Below, one piece after another: positions 50,147-64,000 of a stretch of 64,000 bases of DNA. The notes below the pieces were generated by a model, which was given only the letters and a program-made list of their open reading frames with translations, made no database searches and was not told the DNA's origin. This stretch comes from the human T2T-CHM13v2.0 reference genome, Homo sapiens. Each line of letters opens with the position of its first letter. Positions within the stretch are counted from its first letter, which is position 1. The stretch lies in NCBI RefSeq assembly GCF_009914755.1, contig NC_060929.1; one strand, given 5' to 3'. The translations under genes were made by a program, and so were the position numbers.

Positions 50147-53100
50147 AGGAGGAGAGGGTGTCTCATCTCTGAACACTTCTAAAAGGGTAAAAATCCCAAG
50201 CACGCCTCACTCAGGGGCCTCAGCTCATGCCCCACTTGAGCTGCATTAGTGAGCTTGTGCATTCTTAGGTAAGTACATACTTAGTACAGTTTCCTCAGGG
50301 AAGCTGAGCCACAAGTACATGACTGCTTACTTACCATTTGGACATCTGACACAATCCACTTGCTCCCATTTTCCTAAAGACACAGCATGCGGTTGCATCT
50401 GTGGTTATCCATAGTAAAGCTTTGCCAGTCAACTCAGTGGGTCTGCATGCTCATTCTGATCTTACAACAGTCAAATGGAGCCTCGCTGAGGCTTTGGATG
50501 AAAGGTCACACTCTCCCTCCCAATGCACTCAATGAATTGCTATTGTGTTTGGAGTGCCCTGCCCACTGTCACCACCTATTTTAAACAGCACATGACTCTG
50601 ACTCACAGAAAAGAGCAAAGAACTGCATGAAGGCTGTATAACATGCTGCACACCCACTCCCTTGGGCAAGGGCCCAAAAACACTCAGGCCTCTGAGTGTC
50701 TTAGGTGAGAACCCTTTCCTCCTCTGGCATCTCTGAACAGATCCAATGAGTGAGGTTACCGAGGTTTTGCAACAAACAAGCAAACATTTGAAAATATCTC
50801 CCAAACATACAAGTTGACAACTTAAACAAGAATGTGGGGCAAAAAAAAAAAAAGTCGTCATTTATAGCTTGATGCCTTCTATGATATAGTTAGCTATGCC
50901 CAGATGCTGTGGGTGGGAAGAAGCCTGAAAGACTCCCCATCAACAGGGGTTCTGAGGCTGCCAAAGACTGCCTCATTAAAGGGGCCAGTGGCTCCAGGTG
51001 ATATCGTGGAACACAGTCCAGTTCTTTTCTCCACTGGATCTTTTCTTTACTAGGTTAATTCTCAGAGGTTGTTTTTGTGAGAGCCCCTTTAGCAGCAAGG
51101 TGTGAAATCCACTCAAATTAGCTTACGTAAATTGTCTATTGTGTGGGGACAGCAGAGAGAAGGGAGAAAGCTTACTGTAGGTATAAAAAAGTCTTTGGGG
51201 AAACTTAGAATTGCTAAAGAGCTAGACCTTAGTAGGGGCTAGAACTGGGACCCCTCAGAAGCCCTCTACATCCTTCACTTTAGGCAGGGTTCACTGACCC
51301 CACTGCCTATAGGGCTCACACATGTGAAATAGTGGGGTCTAAAAAGGAAACTTGCTTATACCACTCAGCCTCTGGGCCTGGGGAGCTGTAGAGAGAGGTG
51401 GGGAATCTGGCCACTGAAATAAAACAAAATTCTCTGTTCACTGAGTCTCCTGTGAGTTTGCTGAAAGTTGCTCATCTATTCTGAGCAGCAGGTGAGTCTG
51501 GGGCAGGCCCCTTGGTCCTCTGTATGGACACTTATGCGAGCATGTGTGTGATCTTGAAATGTATGTTCTAAAAGTCTGAAAAGTCTCAAATGCACCTCAA
51601 GTCTGGCCTCTCTGGTTCAGCATGTTCATTCTTAAGATAACCACAATTTCCATGCAGTTTGCTCTGGAAGGCCCACCTAGTTTTAAATGTGAAATACTTT
51701 AGTTTTTAAGTGTTGGCAATCATTTAAATTTCAAACCTCACAGGCCAAACAAAACATGTCGTGTATCAGTTATGTCCTGTGGGTGGCTGGTTTGTGGTGA
51801 CTGGTACCTCATCATACACAGTCCACACATCTGTTTCTTTATGGTCCTCAACCAAATTGGCAAGTTCTATATGTCTCTAAGCTCAGAATTCCTGGAGAGT
51901 AATTTATTTGGTCTCTGGCTTGGTTAGGGCCCATTCCCGGTTCAATCACATGGTACACAGAACTGCCATTGTTAGAAGTTGTAGGTGAGGAGTGGGTGTG
52001 GTAGATAAACTGACTGAAAGTCTGCTATCATTGTTGGATGTTTCCAGATTTGTTTCCTCTTTGGATCATGTTCTTGAACTCAGAAGGAGCAGAGGATTTA
52101 TCTGGTTTGAAATTTCTGAAACTTTCTAAGTCAAATGAATCAGCAGTCATCAGCTGCCCCATGAAAATGTCCCAGAATGCATAGGTAGAGGTGGCATCAT
52201 ACTCCAACAGGGACTAAGACTGGCTCCTTCTCCACCAATTACATCTCAGTTTTTGAGAAAATTGATGAAGATGGGCCATGACCTGAGCTTTTCTTGTTGC
52301 CAGGATGCCTCTTCTCTTTTTCTTCACATTTCCAAACTATGCCTCTCTTCCTTACGAATGTTTGTTTCGAAATAGGTCTGTGTCTGATGACCTTTCCTGT
52401 AGGAAGAGTTCCAGAATATTCTCTCCCCAGTAAGAAAAAGAATTGGCAATTGGCAGTTTCTGAAATGAGCTTATTGTCTTCACACAGTTCTCATTTTCAG
52501 AAAAGCGGGAAGGACTGGCAATGCTGCACATTCTCTGTGCCTGCTTGGTCTGCTCACATCATTTGCATTCTGATCCAGCATTTTCCACTTCATTTTCAAA
52601 GCCTCTGTAGACTCCACTCTTCATCTGTGTAGTATAAAAGATAGCATTTCTCAACTTCACAAAGATTTCTTTTCAAACATTCTATTTCTGGAAGGTAGAA
52701 CCAGTGTTCTTTGCTGCTTTTTCTACCCACCCACAGCAGGGTACAGAGTCACCCTATCTGACATGGGGCAGAACACCTGAGTGTGGGTCCAGTTCTCCGT
52801 TTATTGGCTGCTCTGCAAGCATCAGTGTATTCATTAGTAAAAACATAGGAAATAATGGGACAAAAAATAAATTAGACTGATTCTTTTAGGTTTGGAGGGG
52901 GAATTATAAAGCCTTTGGGAAAACTTATGAATTACTCTACCTCCTAGGGGAATTCCTAGACCAGGAATTCATCCATGCCTGGGACTGGAACACATATATA
53001 CGGTTTTGGAGAAAACCCCAAGAGCATATACATGTGCTCCAGTCCCCATCTGTTTTTAACCCAAATACTTCGGATAACCCCAAGAAACTCGAAGACTCTG

Positions 53101-53249
53101 GAGTAAGTCCCAAAGCCTTGGGCTGTGGTCTGGGAGCCTCTAATCTCCAACATTTCAGAGAAGAATCAATCATATACTGTGTAGTATATTGATAGTTCCT
53201 CTTTTTCTTTTCATTTATTGCTTGAAAATAATTGAAGCCTAGAAGTCTA

Positions 53250-53769
53250 CCCTGGTGTGGTGGACATTTGATTTTCTGCCAACCATCTCCCTGACCCTGA
53301 TAACCACATACTAATTTACCCTTAAACTCCTCCCCTTCTCCCCCACTCATCTGAAGTGACTCTGGCTCCAGGCTTGGGTATTGGATCTGGGCTTGGAAAA
53401 TCAAAGGGGCAGTGATTGGTTCAGAGCTGGGAAAGTGCCCCAAGCTGGGCCATGAAAATCAGCCCTGAGATTGTTGGTGCCTTACTCTGGGTTTGCTAAG
53501 CTTATAGATGGAACTCTTGGTGATCATCTTTACCACTTGTAGGGAATACCTGCCTGTGAATGAAACTAACACAGAGGAAAGCAGGAGTGAGCGGGAAAGA
53601 GACAATGATTGTGTCCTTCATGCACTCACTGTCTAAAGACCTGGATGAAATTGTGCCTGAAACCACCCACTGAACTTTCCAGTTACAAGGATCAATAAAT
53701 TCTGATTTTTCTTTGAGCCAGTTTGAGTTGGGCATGTATTTCATAACCAAAATTGTCAAGACTAATATA
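53250..53769 (+). mobile_element. MLT1K/J-like MaLR LTR
   Basis: cagtgattggttcag...ttccagttacaaggatcAATAAAttc...gagccagtttgagttggg...gactaatata. Confidence 0.7.
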
Positions 53770-54940
53770 GCTGGTCTAGTGAGAAATTAATAGATCCCAT
53801 TTGTCTAGCAACAAATCCATAGATCCATATATACCTCCCTTCATCTCTTAGACTTCATCAACTCACATTAATCTATGTGGGAATCCACCCCTGAATCAAC
53901 CCTGGAACTTGCCACTTCTTAGCTATGAGCTTTCTTGATTATCCTACAATAATCCTTTCTGTAGGACCATGGGGTTGCCAAGGTTCAGATTTTATCACTG
54001 AAGCAAACAGCCAGCAACTAAGGTTACTTCCCATAGAAATAACTGTCCTAAAATGAAAGCACCAAGTAAGTTTCTCCTTTGAGCTTCACAAGGCCTTGAG
54101 AGCCTTCGGAACAAATGTCACCTCTCCTGCCATCTGCCTTATGGCTCAGGCTACCCTGCTGCTATCTTCCCACTGTGTTTCCATCCCACTCCCTTAAGCC
54201 GAGCTCTCATGCTCCAGGAAAGAATCAAAATAAACCTTTGCCTTCATATGGAGTATGAGTAAATAAACTCCTGGACATATGCCAAATCCTGTCAGAGCAC
54301 GTGTGTCCTCGTTCACCTGCAAGAAACAAACAACCTGGCTAAAACCACTCGGAGGCCATTGAGTGTTCCTGGACTCTATGTTCAGGGAGACTATCAATAT
54401 CAACCCTAGAGCTGGCACAAAGAATCCCTAGCTGGATCAGCCATCCCTGAAGAGATCTTTCCTGTATTCTCATCTCCCCTGAATTTCTGCATGGATCCTG
54501 GGAAGATTAGATCCTTGAATATTCAGTAAAATTATACATTTATGAGGCGGGGAAGGGGAAAGGAATGGGAGTGAGAGAGATGGAGAGGAAAGGGAGAGGT
54601 GGACAGGGAAGGGGAGGCTGAAGGGGAGCCACTAATACCTTTACTATACCATTTAAATTAGTACAGACTAGAAATTAGACTGCACCTTAAATACAGGATA
54701 GTAATATTAAAGAAAATTTAATGAGTGCAAACTTTTCATGCTATTAATTTATGCTTAGGTTGAAAAAAAAAAGAAGCATTGTTTACAGGGTTTGCTTTTA
54801 CAAATAATACTTTCTTGCATGTATAACTACAAAATTAAGTCCTGACTCTGGGATTATTGAGTCAATAACTCTATACACTTTAACTTTTGATAGATAACAC
54901 CAAATAGATGGTGTTTTATTCACAATAAATAATCAGTTAT

Positions 54941-55438
54941 GTGTATCCAATAGCATTAAGTCCATCTGCATATAATTAAAAACCTAAAGTAACTGTGGCT
55001 TAACCACATAAAGGTTTATTCTTGTTTGATAAAATAAGCCCAGAGGTAGGCAGTTCCAAGTCACCAGAGTCCTCAGAAGGAGCACTAGGCTCCTCCTATC
55101 TTTCTGCTTGGCCACATGAGGTATGTGGGTTTCATCCTCAAGACCACCTCATGGTCCAGCATGCTTACTGGAACTCTATACCTCATGTTTGTATTCCAGG
55201 CATAAGGAAAAAGTGAAGGGAGAAGAAAAGAAGGACATACCACTCAGATGAGTCAGTTCCCTCTAAGGAGCCTTCCAGGAAGCCCCAGCTAACATTTCTG
55301 CTCACACTACATGGCCACACCTCATAAGGGAGGCTGGGAGATGTAGTCTTTATTTTGGGTAACAATGAAGCTTGCAAAACAAAGTTCAGCTACTAAGAAA
55401 GAAAAAGAGAAGGGAGGCAATTTTCCTCTCTGACAACA
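54941..55438 (-). mobile_element. MLT1J/I-like MaLR LTR
   Basis: gtaactgtggcttaaccacataaaggtttatt...acatggccacacc...aagggaggctgggagatgtagtcttt. Confidence 0.7.
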
Positions 55439-55779
55439 TCATTACTCATCTTGGTTAATTCCAAAATGCTTCTTTTTTTTCCATTTTTTAACAGAAAGAG
55501 CTGAATATATACATTTAAAATAAACAAAAAAAGCTCTTCTACAACTCCCACCTTCTTGTAGCTGTTTCATCTATTATGTGCACATTTGGATGTCTTCATC
55601 CTAGTGCAATAGGAAAGTTACTCTACTTCAGCAGAACAGACCATGTAGCTCTGAAAGAAGTTTCTGGCACATGGCACTAGCAGTTGTCAACACAAATAAA
55701 GCCCCGGCTCCATGTATAAGGAGCTCAAGAACTCATCATGAAGCCTTAACAAATATCAACTCAAAGCCAATATTGTTTG

Positions 55780-56110
55780 CACTAGCCCCTTCCTACTCCC
55801 CAATATTTTTAAAGCAAACTCCAGTCATATAATTTCATTTGTAAGTATCTCAGCACATACCTCTAAAAGGACTCAAAAAAACCCACAATACTCTTATCAC
55901 ATGTAAAGTAATAATAATTTCTTAATGCAAAAAGTCACTGATCAATTTTCCAAGTCTCAAACTTTTTAACAATTTGCTTGAATCAAGGATCCAAATGATA
56001 TTCCTGTGTTGCAAGTGGTAGCTATATTTAAGTCTCCTTTAACTTTTGGTTTCTCTTCTATCTCTTGTTTTCTTACAATTAAAAACATTATTAAGGAAAA
56101 TTTAAAACAC
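55780..56110 (-). mobile_element. L1MC4/5-like fragment
   Basis: tttaaagcaaactccag..atataatttcatttgtaagtat; ttgaatcaaggatccaaat. Confidence 0.55.
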
Positions 56111-58796
56111 AGACAGAAGCCTGTAGGCATTTGAATTTTGCAATCAATTGTCTAACTGGCACTCAACTCTGCTCCCTTTAATGCATCTCCAAACTCCTCC
56201 CCTCAACTCCTTGTCTGGGTCACCATCATCTCTTCTAGACCACTATAATGGCCTCCTAACAGGCATTCCAGGCACACTCCAACCTCTATCTGGCACAAAT
56301 CTGGCCTTTCACCCCTCTGCTTAAATAGAAAGAGTAAAATTAATAAAGCCATTGACAAAGAACTCATGATATTTATTTTCTTGTGTTGTTCAAAAACTTG
56401 CCTCTGAAGGAAGTTTCCAAATGTGACTTCAGCAAACAACCTATGCTCACCTGAATACACATCAGATATCGAATACTACATTAAAATATTTGGGTGATAG
56501 AAACCCCTACCTGTTGCACAAACGGGGTCGATTGATCTGGGCCCTGGTGCATGCATTCTCTTTGCTAATGTTGGGGCTTCAGGAAATATCCAGGGTGTTT
56601 TCACAGTATAGCTTCCTGGTTCACATTCTGTATCCCTCCTGTTGTATGACAGCTCTTTCCTGATCTGGTTCCTGTCTTCTGGGTTTGACTCTACTCACAT
56701 ATCGGAGTGTCTCTGCTTTCAACATGCCTTTTGCTTGCTGGTTTTTACCTCCTGTTCCGAGATCCCAGCTTGTCTCTCCCCTTCCCAGGTTTGGACCTAC
56801 CCCCTTTCAGAACTGTCATTTCTAACAGACTTCACTTACCCATTCTGCCAAAACATATACACACACAACCATCGCCACCACCAAAGACATACGTGTTCAG
56901 ATCATTTTTCCTTAATTAGCTATATTGAATTATCACCATACCTCCTACTGTGTTCTGTCCTGAAGGAATTAATGGCCTAGGGAAGCAATAATACAGATCA
57001 GTATATACACAATAGCGGTGCCCCTTCTCTCACATGAATTTGAAAACAATGTCCAGCCTGGCTTGGAGATCTGGGATTTGGATTAATAGAGATTCCCCAG
57101 GGTGATGAGTCATCAGAATTTACTGTACTTACTAAGGTATAGTGTGTATTCAAATGTAAGTTTAGGTTGGTGGCAAAGACTTAATCATCAAGTCTTGTTT
57201 AATCAGGTATTGGATAAATTATACTTTTAAAATCCTAGGTTTGAATCTGTACAGCAGCCAAAGAAGGGTGACAACAGGGGAAATAGTTACTTTTCCAGTT
57301 TGTTTATTCTATTTTCTTCCCCTACCCTGATCCCAAATGTTCTTAAATTATCTGTGCAAAATAGCCTGCCAAAATAATTTTCTCCCTAGGAGTCTCTATC
57401 TCTGCTTCCCTCAGTGGCGTAAATGAGTGTCTTCCCAGTGGCTACTCTTCAGCTGAACTTTCTGCCTTCCAGAAATAGAGCTTGGCTCTAGCTTGCTAAT
57501 CCTGTGTCCTGTGAAATACCCCAGCAGGGAGGGGCAGGCTACTGTGCCCGGGTATTATATAAGACTCTACACACCAGGAGCAGCGCCCAACAGACGCCAG
57601 ACTGCCCCAGGCAGGGCCCTCACAGTGGTCCCAGAGCCTTCCCACCCTGTCAGCACTGGGACATGCCAGCTATTGGCCACACAGGGTGGGTCATTTAATA
57701 TCCTGTTTGTTATTTTTACTACAGTGCTGGCTACTATTTTACTTGGAAATCTGAGGAAATGTATCCTTCCACCTGCTAAGTCCAGATTAGGAAAATAAGT
57801 AGCCTTTGAAAGAATAAAGGTCTTTATATGGCTGGGGAATTGGAACTGAAACCCAGTTCTCTCTCAGACTGCCAGGAGCAGCGCTTAAAAGGTTGCATGC
57901 ACCCTGGGCCACACAAATGTCAATTATTTAGCCACAGAATCTTTGCGCTAGAGAGGACCTTAGTAAGAGAGATTATCCAGTGCTACCTTCTCATAGCTCT
58001 AGTTAAAGAATGTTGAGATAAGTGCCTAACAGACATTTCTACCTCCCCAGTGAATGCTGGATAGTGCTCACGTCCTCCTCCCCATGAGCACCCACAAGGA
58101 CGGAGAAGGAGGGGCTAGAACAGCTGAACACACAGCCCGCACTCCATTTCAGACAAAGGCTTAAGAGGAAGACTCTGGAAGTAACAGCAACACGCAGATA
58201 TGGGTGTAATCTGTAGTTCTGCTTCTTCTTTCTACTCCTAGCTTCCATTTCCATGGGAAATAAGGGGAGGTGATCCTATGGATAACATAAAAAATGCCAT
58301 TTCTGGTTAATGTAGATGTAGTTGAAAAGGTAGATGATCTGACAAAATATTTTCCTCAAATGAATCCATTCATCTCCATCATTTGATTAATTTATTCATG
58401 TTATTATCTCTGATATGTTAAAATGTCAAGAAGGAAAAGGTCATTTGCACACACATGCAGTCTCCCTGTCACAATTTGAGCTGCCAGACCTCACCAAAGG
58501 AAACTAATCACAGTTCCTTTCTCTTGCAGGCACAGATGGCAGCTCTGGCGGCAAGGTGCTCTACAAGGCCTGGCAATAAGGAAGGGTCCAGTTACTCGCA
58601 TCCAGTGGTCTAGAGCATGTTTGATTAGGCAACTTTTAGCAGTCGTCCTCAGCTGTGCATATTAAAATGGCTCCTTAATTCATGTATAATATCTAGGTAT
58701 GTAGAATTAAGACATCCTTTTGAATACCATATTTCAGAAACAACTCTTCTTTGGCATATAAAATTTATGGAACAAAATGACAAACAGGGCTGGAAT

Positions 58797-59008
58797 CAGC
58801 GGTATGTAGGTAAATGTTTAACAACTGGCTCTGCAAGAAAACAAAGCTCTGATTTGTAGTGTTTGCCATTTTCCATGGTGTAAATACTCCCATCTTGGCA
58901 AAGTTCAAGTTACCAACCAAAACTCATTGAATTGGATTTGGGAAGAGATGCACACAATTGGCTCTTGTGGGAAGGTATGTGGCAGTGCCAGCCAGCATCA
59001 GCACACTG
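58797..59008. mobile_element. MER63A-like hAT element
   Basis: cagcggtatgtaggtaaatgtttaacaactggctc...ttccatggtgtaaatactccca...cagcacactg. Confidence 0.7.
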
Positions 59009-59319
59009 CTAGCTAAAAGAGCCAACAACAAATCATTTCCTGTCCCTTCTAGGACGTCTTACTTTTCCTAAACAAGTACAGAATGGCTCCAAAAGGAAAA
59101 TAACACTTCACCTCACTAAAGGAGCTACAGCTGTTTTTATTTTTATTTTATTTATTCTAGTCAAATAAAAGGAGCAAGTCAGGCACTTCTGGGCAACACT
59201 GTTGCATCCTGGTCTCTTCACTGCACAGGACTGATTTGATTTCTACTTTGGGATTCTGCTAAAGTCCGGATAACTTTGGGCTGACTTGATAAGAATCTGT
59301 GGACCCAAGAGAAGCAGAA

Positions 59320-59550
59320 CAGCATAATGATTGAGTATAGAATTTAGATTCCAAACAAAGTTCCAAGTCAATTTTATCTAGAGAATACAATAAGCAGTTC
59401 AAGTAAGATCCACGGCCTCTCTAAACTGGAGTAAATTCATAATATAACAAATTCATAGTGCAGATGTGAAGGTTAAATAAGAAATGTATATAAAGCATTT
59501 AGCTCAGCATCTGGCACAGAGTGCTCCATAAACAGTAACTATGATGATGA
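59320..59550 (+). mobile_element. MIR
   Basis: gtgaaggttaaataagaaatgtatataaagcatttagc...tggcacagagtgctccataaacagtaacta. Confidence 0.65.
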
Positions 59551-60179
59551 TTATTCCTATTACCTAGCCTGGTTTTTATTTCAGCATTGTCCCTTCCTCA
59601 CTTGTCTATTAAGTCCTGTCCTATAAGTGATCAAGGCATCTGCTTCTACTGCAGACTGCCAGGGCTCGTCTTCTGTCTCATGAGGCAAGAGAATTCTAAG
59701 GTGAGACATCAGCTATGTAGTCCATAGGTAGCTATTTTCTGTTGGGAAGAAACATGGCAACAGAATTATCAGCAGTAAGGCCTAGCTCTCAACAACAAAC
59801 AGAGGGTCTTTAGAAGCGGGAGCGTCAGTGAGGAGTGGGGATGTGGACATATTAGGCTCTGAACTTCTAACACCCTAGCCTGAACTTGGTTGTTAGGCAG
59901 CAGCTCTTCCCCTGCATCCACTGGTTCTCTCATGGATCCCAACCTCACCTCCCTTCATAGCTCTGCCTAGACTCTCCCCTCTCCACTCCTGTGCTGAAAT
60001 TCCCCAGCCCCTGCTTCCTCCCTAGACCCACCCTGCACAGGAGCAGAAACAACTTCCAAAGCTAATTGCAATCCTTCTGTTTATGAATCATTTTATGGTT
60101 TTCAAACTCTTTTGCTTCCATATATGTTTTGACCTTATCAAAACCACTAAGCAACGCAGGGCTGACTTTATTACCTTCT

Positions 60180-60294
<115 letters not shown>

Positions 60295-61577
60295 TTGTGT
60301 CCCAGAGAGGGTGAGTGACTGGCCAAAGGTCAGATGATGTTTGTGGCAGAGCCACCTGCCCTTGTGTTTAGGTCTCCCTCTAGCATACCTTTTCATTACA
60401 GCAGGATTCTGAGCAAAAGCCAGTTTTATCTGTCAAGCCCCAAGCTGGAGAGCAACACCATCCCAGTGCCTGTATTATCAGGTTCATTAATTCTATCAGC
60501 TTTCCCTGCTCTGTGTCTGAACACACTGTCCCCACACTACCTTTGGCTGAAATAACTTTCTGAGCCTGACTAGTTCTTTGGTGATGAGAACAGAGCTGTG
60601 GCCCCTCTGCTTTCCCTAAATGGACTCTTAGCTGGGTGAGTCATGGAAAGACTTCTGGAATTCTCAGAGGAAAATTATTAAACAAACACTAGCTTGGAAG
60701 GACCTAAAAGATTATCTAGTCCAGCTTCGAATTGGATGAATGAATCAAGGCAGAGAGATTGAGGGACATGAAGTCCTTGGACTGGTTGGCCAGTGGCTGA
60801 AGATGGTAAATAGACCTCAACTCTCCTAACTCCCTGTGAAAAGCTCTTTCACCTTAGGCCAAGACTCTTTCTTGGATGTATAATCCTCTTCTAAAGACTT
60901 GGGATTTTCAGTTATTTAAGACGAAGAAAAACAAACAAACAAACAAACAAGAAAAAGGCAAGGTTGTAAACCCAAATGTGGAAAACAAATGTTGGCTCTT
61001 CTTTTTCTATCATAAGATCCTGCTGTTTCTTTATTCATTATGCGCAATGCAAAGATGAGAAAATGACAACTAAAGAAAACCACATTTTATACATAGAGCA
61101 CTACACCTTTAAACATCCTGTGACATTTTTCTTGAAATATATGTGAGGACTAACTCTAAAATAATGAGATTTTCTTTTTCAAATGCGACCTAATGTCTGA
61201 ATTAGTAGAAACATCAAGCTCAGAATGCTTCAGAACTCTTTGGAATTCTCTTCAGAACCTATGGCTCAGTCTTTTGCATGTCTTTGGTGAAACGAGGCTC
61301 CACCTTGGTGAAATTGGACTCTTAGCGCCTTCTTCTGCAAAAGCCCCCCAAAATACTTCTTTATCTTTCCATTGTGGCAATTCAGAAAATGTTGATGTGG
61401 ATCTGAGACTTTTTAGCTGCAGGAAGTCAGTAGATTTTGAAAAACCCATTACGCCTCAGGTGGAGAGAGACTCAGAGCTGTGTATTATCCTTGCTGCTCA
61501 TTCTCAAAAGAGCAAAATTAGTTTCCCTTCAAGACCAGGTAAATTATTCCAGTGAGGTTTAATAAGCGATCCCCTTC

Positions 61578-61925
61578 TAATATGGTTTGGTTCTGTGTCC
61601 CCACCCAAATCTCATGTCAAAATGTAATCCCCACGTGTCAGGGACAGACCTGATGGAAGGTGATTTGACTGTGTGGGCAGTTTCCCCCATGCTGTTCTCG
61701 TGACAGTGAGTGAGTTCTCATGGAATCTAATGGTTTAAAAGTGTGGCACTTTCTCCCTTGCTCTCTCTCTCCTGCTGCCTTGTGAAGAAAGTGCTTGCTT
61801 CTCCTTCACCTCCCGCCATGACTGTAAGTTTCCTGAGACCTCCCCAGCCATGCAGAACTGTGAGTCAATTAAACCTTACCCAGTCTCGGTAGTTTTTTAT
61901 AGCAGTGTGAAAATGAACTAATACA
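61578..61925 (+). mobile_element. THE1D-like MaLR solo LTR
   Basis: atatggtttggttctgtgtccccacccaaatctcat...gaactgtgagtcaattaaacct...gaactaataca. TSD CCTTC/ACTTC. Confidence 0.88.
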
Positions 61926-62665
61926 ACTTCTTCCCTCCTCCCAATCTTCTAAAATGCTTGCTGAGCCCAAAAATTTCTTTTAAAAGTGATTGCATATAGA
62001 AGAGGAAGGGTGAGACTGAGGAGGGAGAGAGATTCCCAAAGTAGGGAAGAATTTCATTCTGCAATAAAAGATTTTAAAATTAAAGGTAAACACCTGGCTG
62101 AGTAACCTAGTTAAGGGACTTCCAGGAGACAGCAGAGCAACACATTTTTGTGTAAATAAACTATTTGCAGAGCCTCCCTTGGTTTGGAGAGTGTGGAAAG
62201 CTGAAGACAAAATGAGAAACACCCTCATGAAAAGGAATAATGTCTACAAATGGTGGGGGAAGAGTCCTTTAGGGCTCTTTTTTTCCCCAGCTTACTCAGG
62301 ACAAAATGTAATAACGACAGCAGAGGAGGGTGTATCATATAACTAACGAGGCCTAAGTTTCAGGTTTCCTGAATTGCACCAGCTCCTTTCAAGGCTCTCT
62401 AGCTAATTTTATATTTCTATATGTTTTCTTTTTCTTAAGGAAGGCCTCCCAGATTAAATAAATTTCAGTGGGCAAAATATGGTTTGGCCCCTGAGTGTGC
62501 CAGGTAGAGATTCTGTAGCAGAGTTACACAGGTAGGCCACTCTGATGTGAGTCATGGATGAAATGCTTAAATGTGCTTCTTTTACTTTGATGTGCAAGAA
62601 GGACCATATGTATTTTTTATAAATCAACCTGATTTCCATTTGGAAGCCCCACTCTGCTAGGTGGT

Positions 62666-62699
62666 ACACACACACACATGCACATGCACACACACACAC
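62666..62699. repeat. Interrupted (CA)n microsatellite
   Basis: acacacacacacatgcacatgcacacacacacac. Confidence 0.85.
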
Positions 62700-64000
62700 C
62701 ACTCCCAGGATGGCTGCTCTGCCCATGCTTGAGACTCAGCAATTGCTGCTGGCACTGAGAACTCCAGAGCATGTGTCCTCGTCTCTTCCAGCACAGCATG
62801 CAACCATCTCCTTTGAGCATTAGCTGCTTCCTTGAGCTCTTAGAATGAAAGGCACATTCTCTGCTTGACATTCATAAACCTCTTCTGCTATGGGAGAATA
62901 ATCTCCTCTTCTCTAACAGTATCCTCCAAGTCACTCGCCTCTTCTGTCAACCTTATCCTCTTTCTTATTCTTTTACGATAATCTTTTGGTGTATTATCCC
63001 ATAGTATGATGATTAACAAATCAAATATTGGTTTGTCTTTCCATGTGGCAGAAGGCCCTGATCAGCAAACTCTCCCCAAAAGAGAGGAGACTTTACATTA
63101 AGTTCTTTTAGTGCAGACAAAAAAGAGAGGGGAAAGCAAACAGTATGATAGTTCCATAAGATAGAATGATTATTTTTAAAAGGCCACACGTCATCGTTTG
63201 TAGCTAATCTTGCCTCATCAGTTCTCCAACCACTGGGAGAAAAGGCTGTTTTAAGGCAGAAGAGAAAGCCTCTGATGAATTTAGATGGTGTGGGGGGATA
63301 TTGCAATGGAAGACTACAGTTCACACAAAAGGAAGTGCTCATTTCTAGGCTTGATCCTGGGGCCAGTGAAAAACTCTCTAAGGGAGTATTCCCCTTGCTA
63401 TATATGGTTGGCCCAAATATAAACCAGGCTTGTTTTTCAGCTTCATACTTAGTGAGTCAATATTTGCAAAAATGCTGCAAATATCACCTTATGGAAATGT
63501 TATTACAGTGTTCTTGTGGTTTACTTTTATTGTTTGCTTGTTGTTTTTCTACTCCAAGTTTATTATAAGGCCTCTTTCAGGCAGTTTTTCAGCCTAATGT
63601 AGAATGGTATGGTTCAGTGCATAAACAGCCATACACACCCTCTCATGTCCAGAATTGATCAAGTAAACTCTGACTTCTCATTTCCTTAGACAGGATTGCC
63701 CCAGTCCCAAAGGGAAGGAAAGCTGGCACAGTAGGTATTTACCCAGTGTGGTATGCAGGGGTAGTGCAACCATACTGTGCAAAGGCCCCAGCACAAAAAA
63801 GAAAAGTGCACTCTTTCTACAAATTGGGGCCAGTTCTCTGTTGTTTCTGTTCTGTTTGTTTTTGGCGCAGTTTCCTGATTCAGATGAATCCATTTTGCAT
63901 TAACAGAACAAACAAGTGCATAGAAGGGACTTGTGCTCAAAGATGTGATGTTTAGATTCAGTGATGAATTAAATCTTTTAGGGAAAATGAGCCTCTCTTA

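Noticed and set aside
58529-58545. CTCF-like GGCACAGATGGCAG
   Set aside because: Only the 3' half of the CTCF core matches.
61655-61680. THE1D LTR as a DUX4-activated promoter
   Set aside because: The position where THE1 elements usually carry a TAATTGAATCA-like site reads tgatttgactg here. Only the 3' TGAGTCAATTA remains, so support is weak.

Overview
Primate (hominid, most likely human) repeat-rich intergenic DNA. I found no intact protein-coding gene, RNA gene, CRISPR array or convincing CpG island. There are two processed pseudogenes in divergent orientation. One is a near full-length alpha-E-catenin (CTNNA1) retrocopy on the - strand (~24346-27780). It is probably the known CTNNA1P1, which from memory lies on human 5q22 (not verified). 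The other is an older AK3 retrocopy on the + strand (~37175-39330). The rest is a layered record of transposon insertions: a 5'-truncated L1PA2-like element with a 16-bp TSD, a nested L1-in-L1, young AluY copies (Yd-type and a nearly undecayed Ye5-type), older Alus, ERV1/ERVL/MaLR LTRs, hAT/Tigger DNA transposon relics, MIR/L2 and microsatellites. I cannot support a new biological system. The best leads are an LTR pointing into the CTNNA1 retrocopy, two retained miR-9 sites in that retrocopy, a possibly polymorphic AluYe5, a well-formed orphan exon, and several template-switch or palindrome-resolution scars. Repeat subfamily names come from recalled consensus sequences, and boundaries of old elements are approximate.
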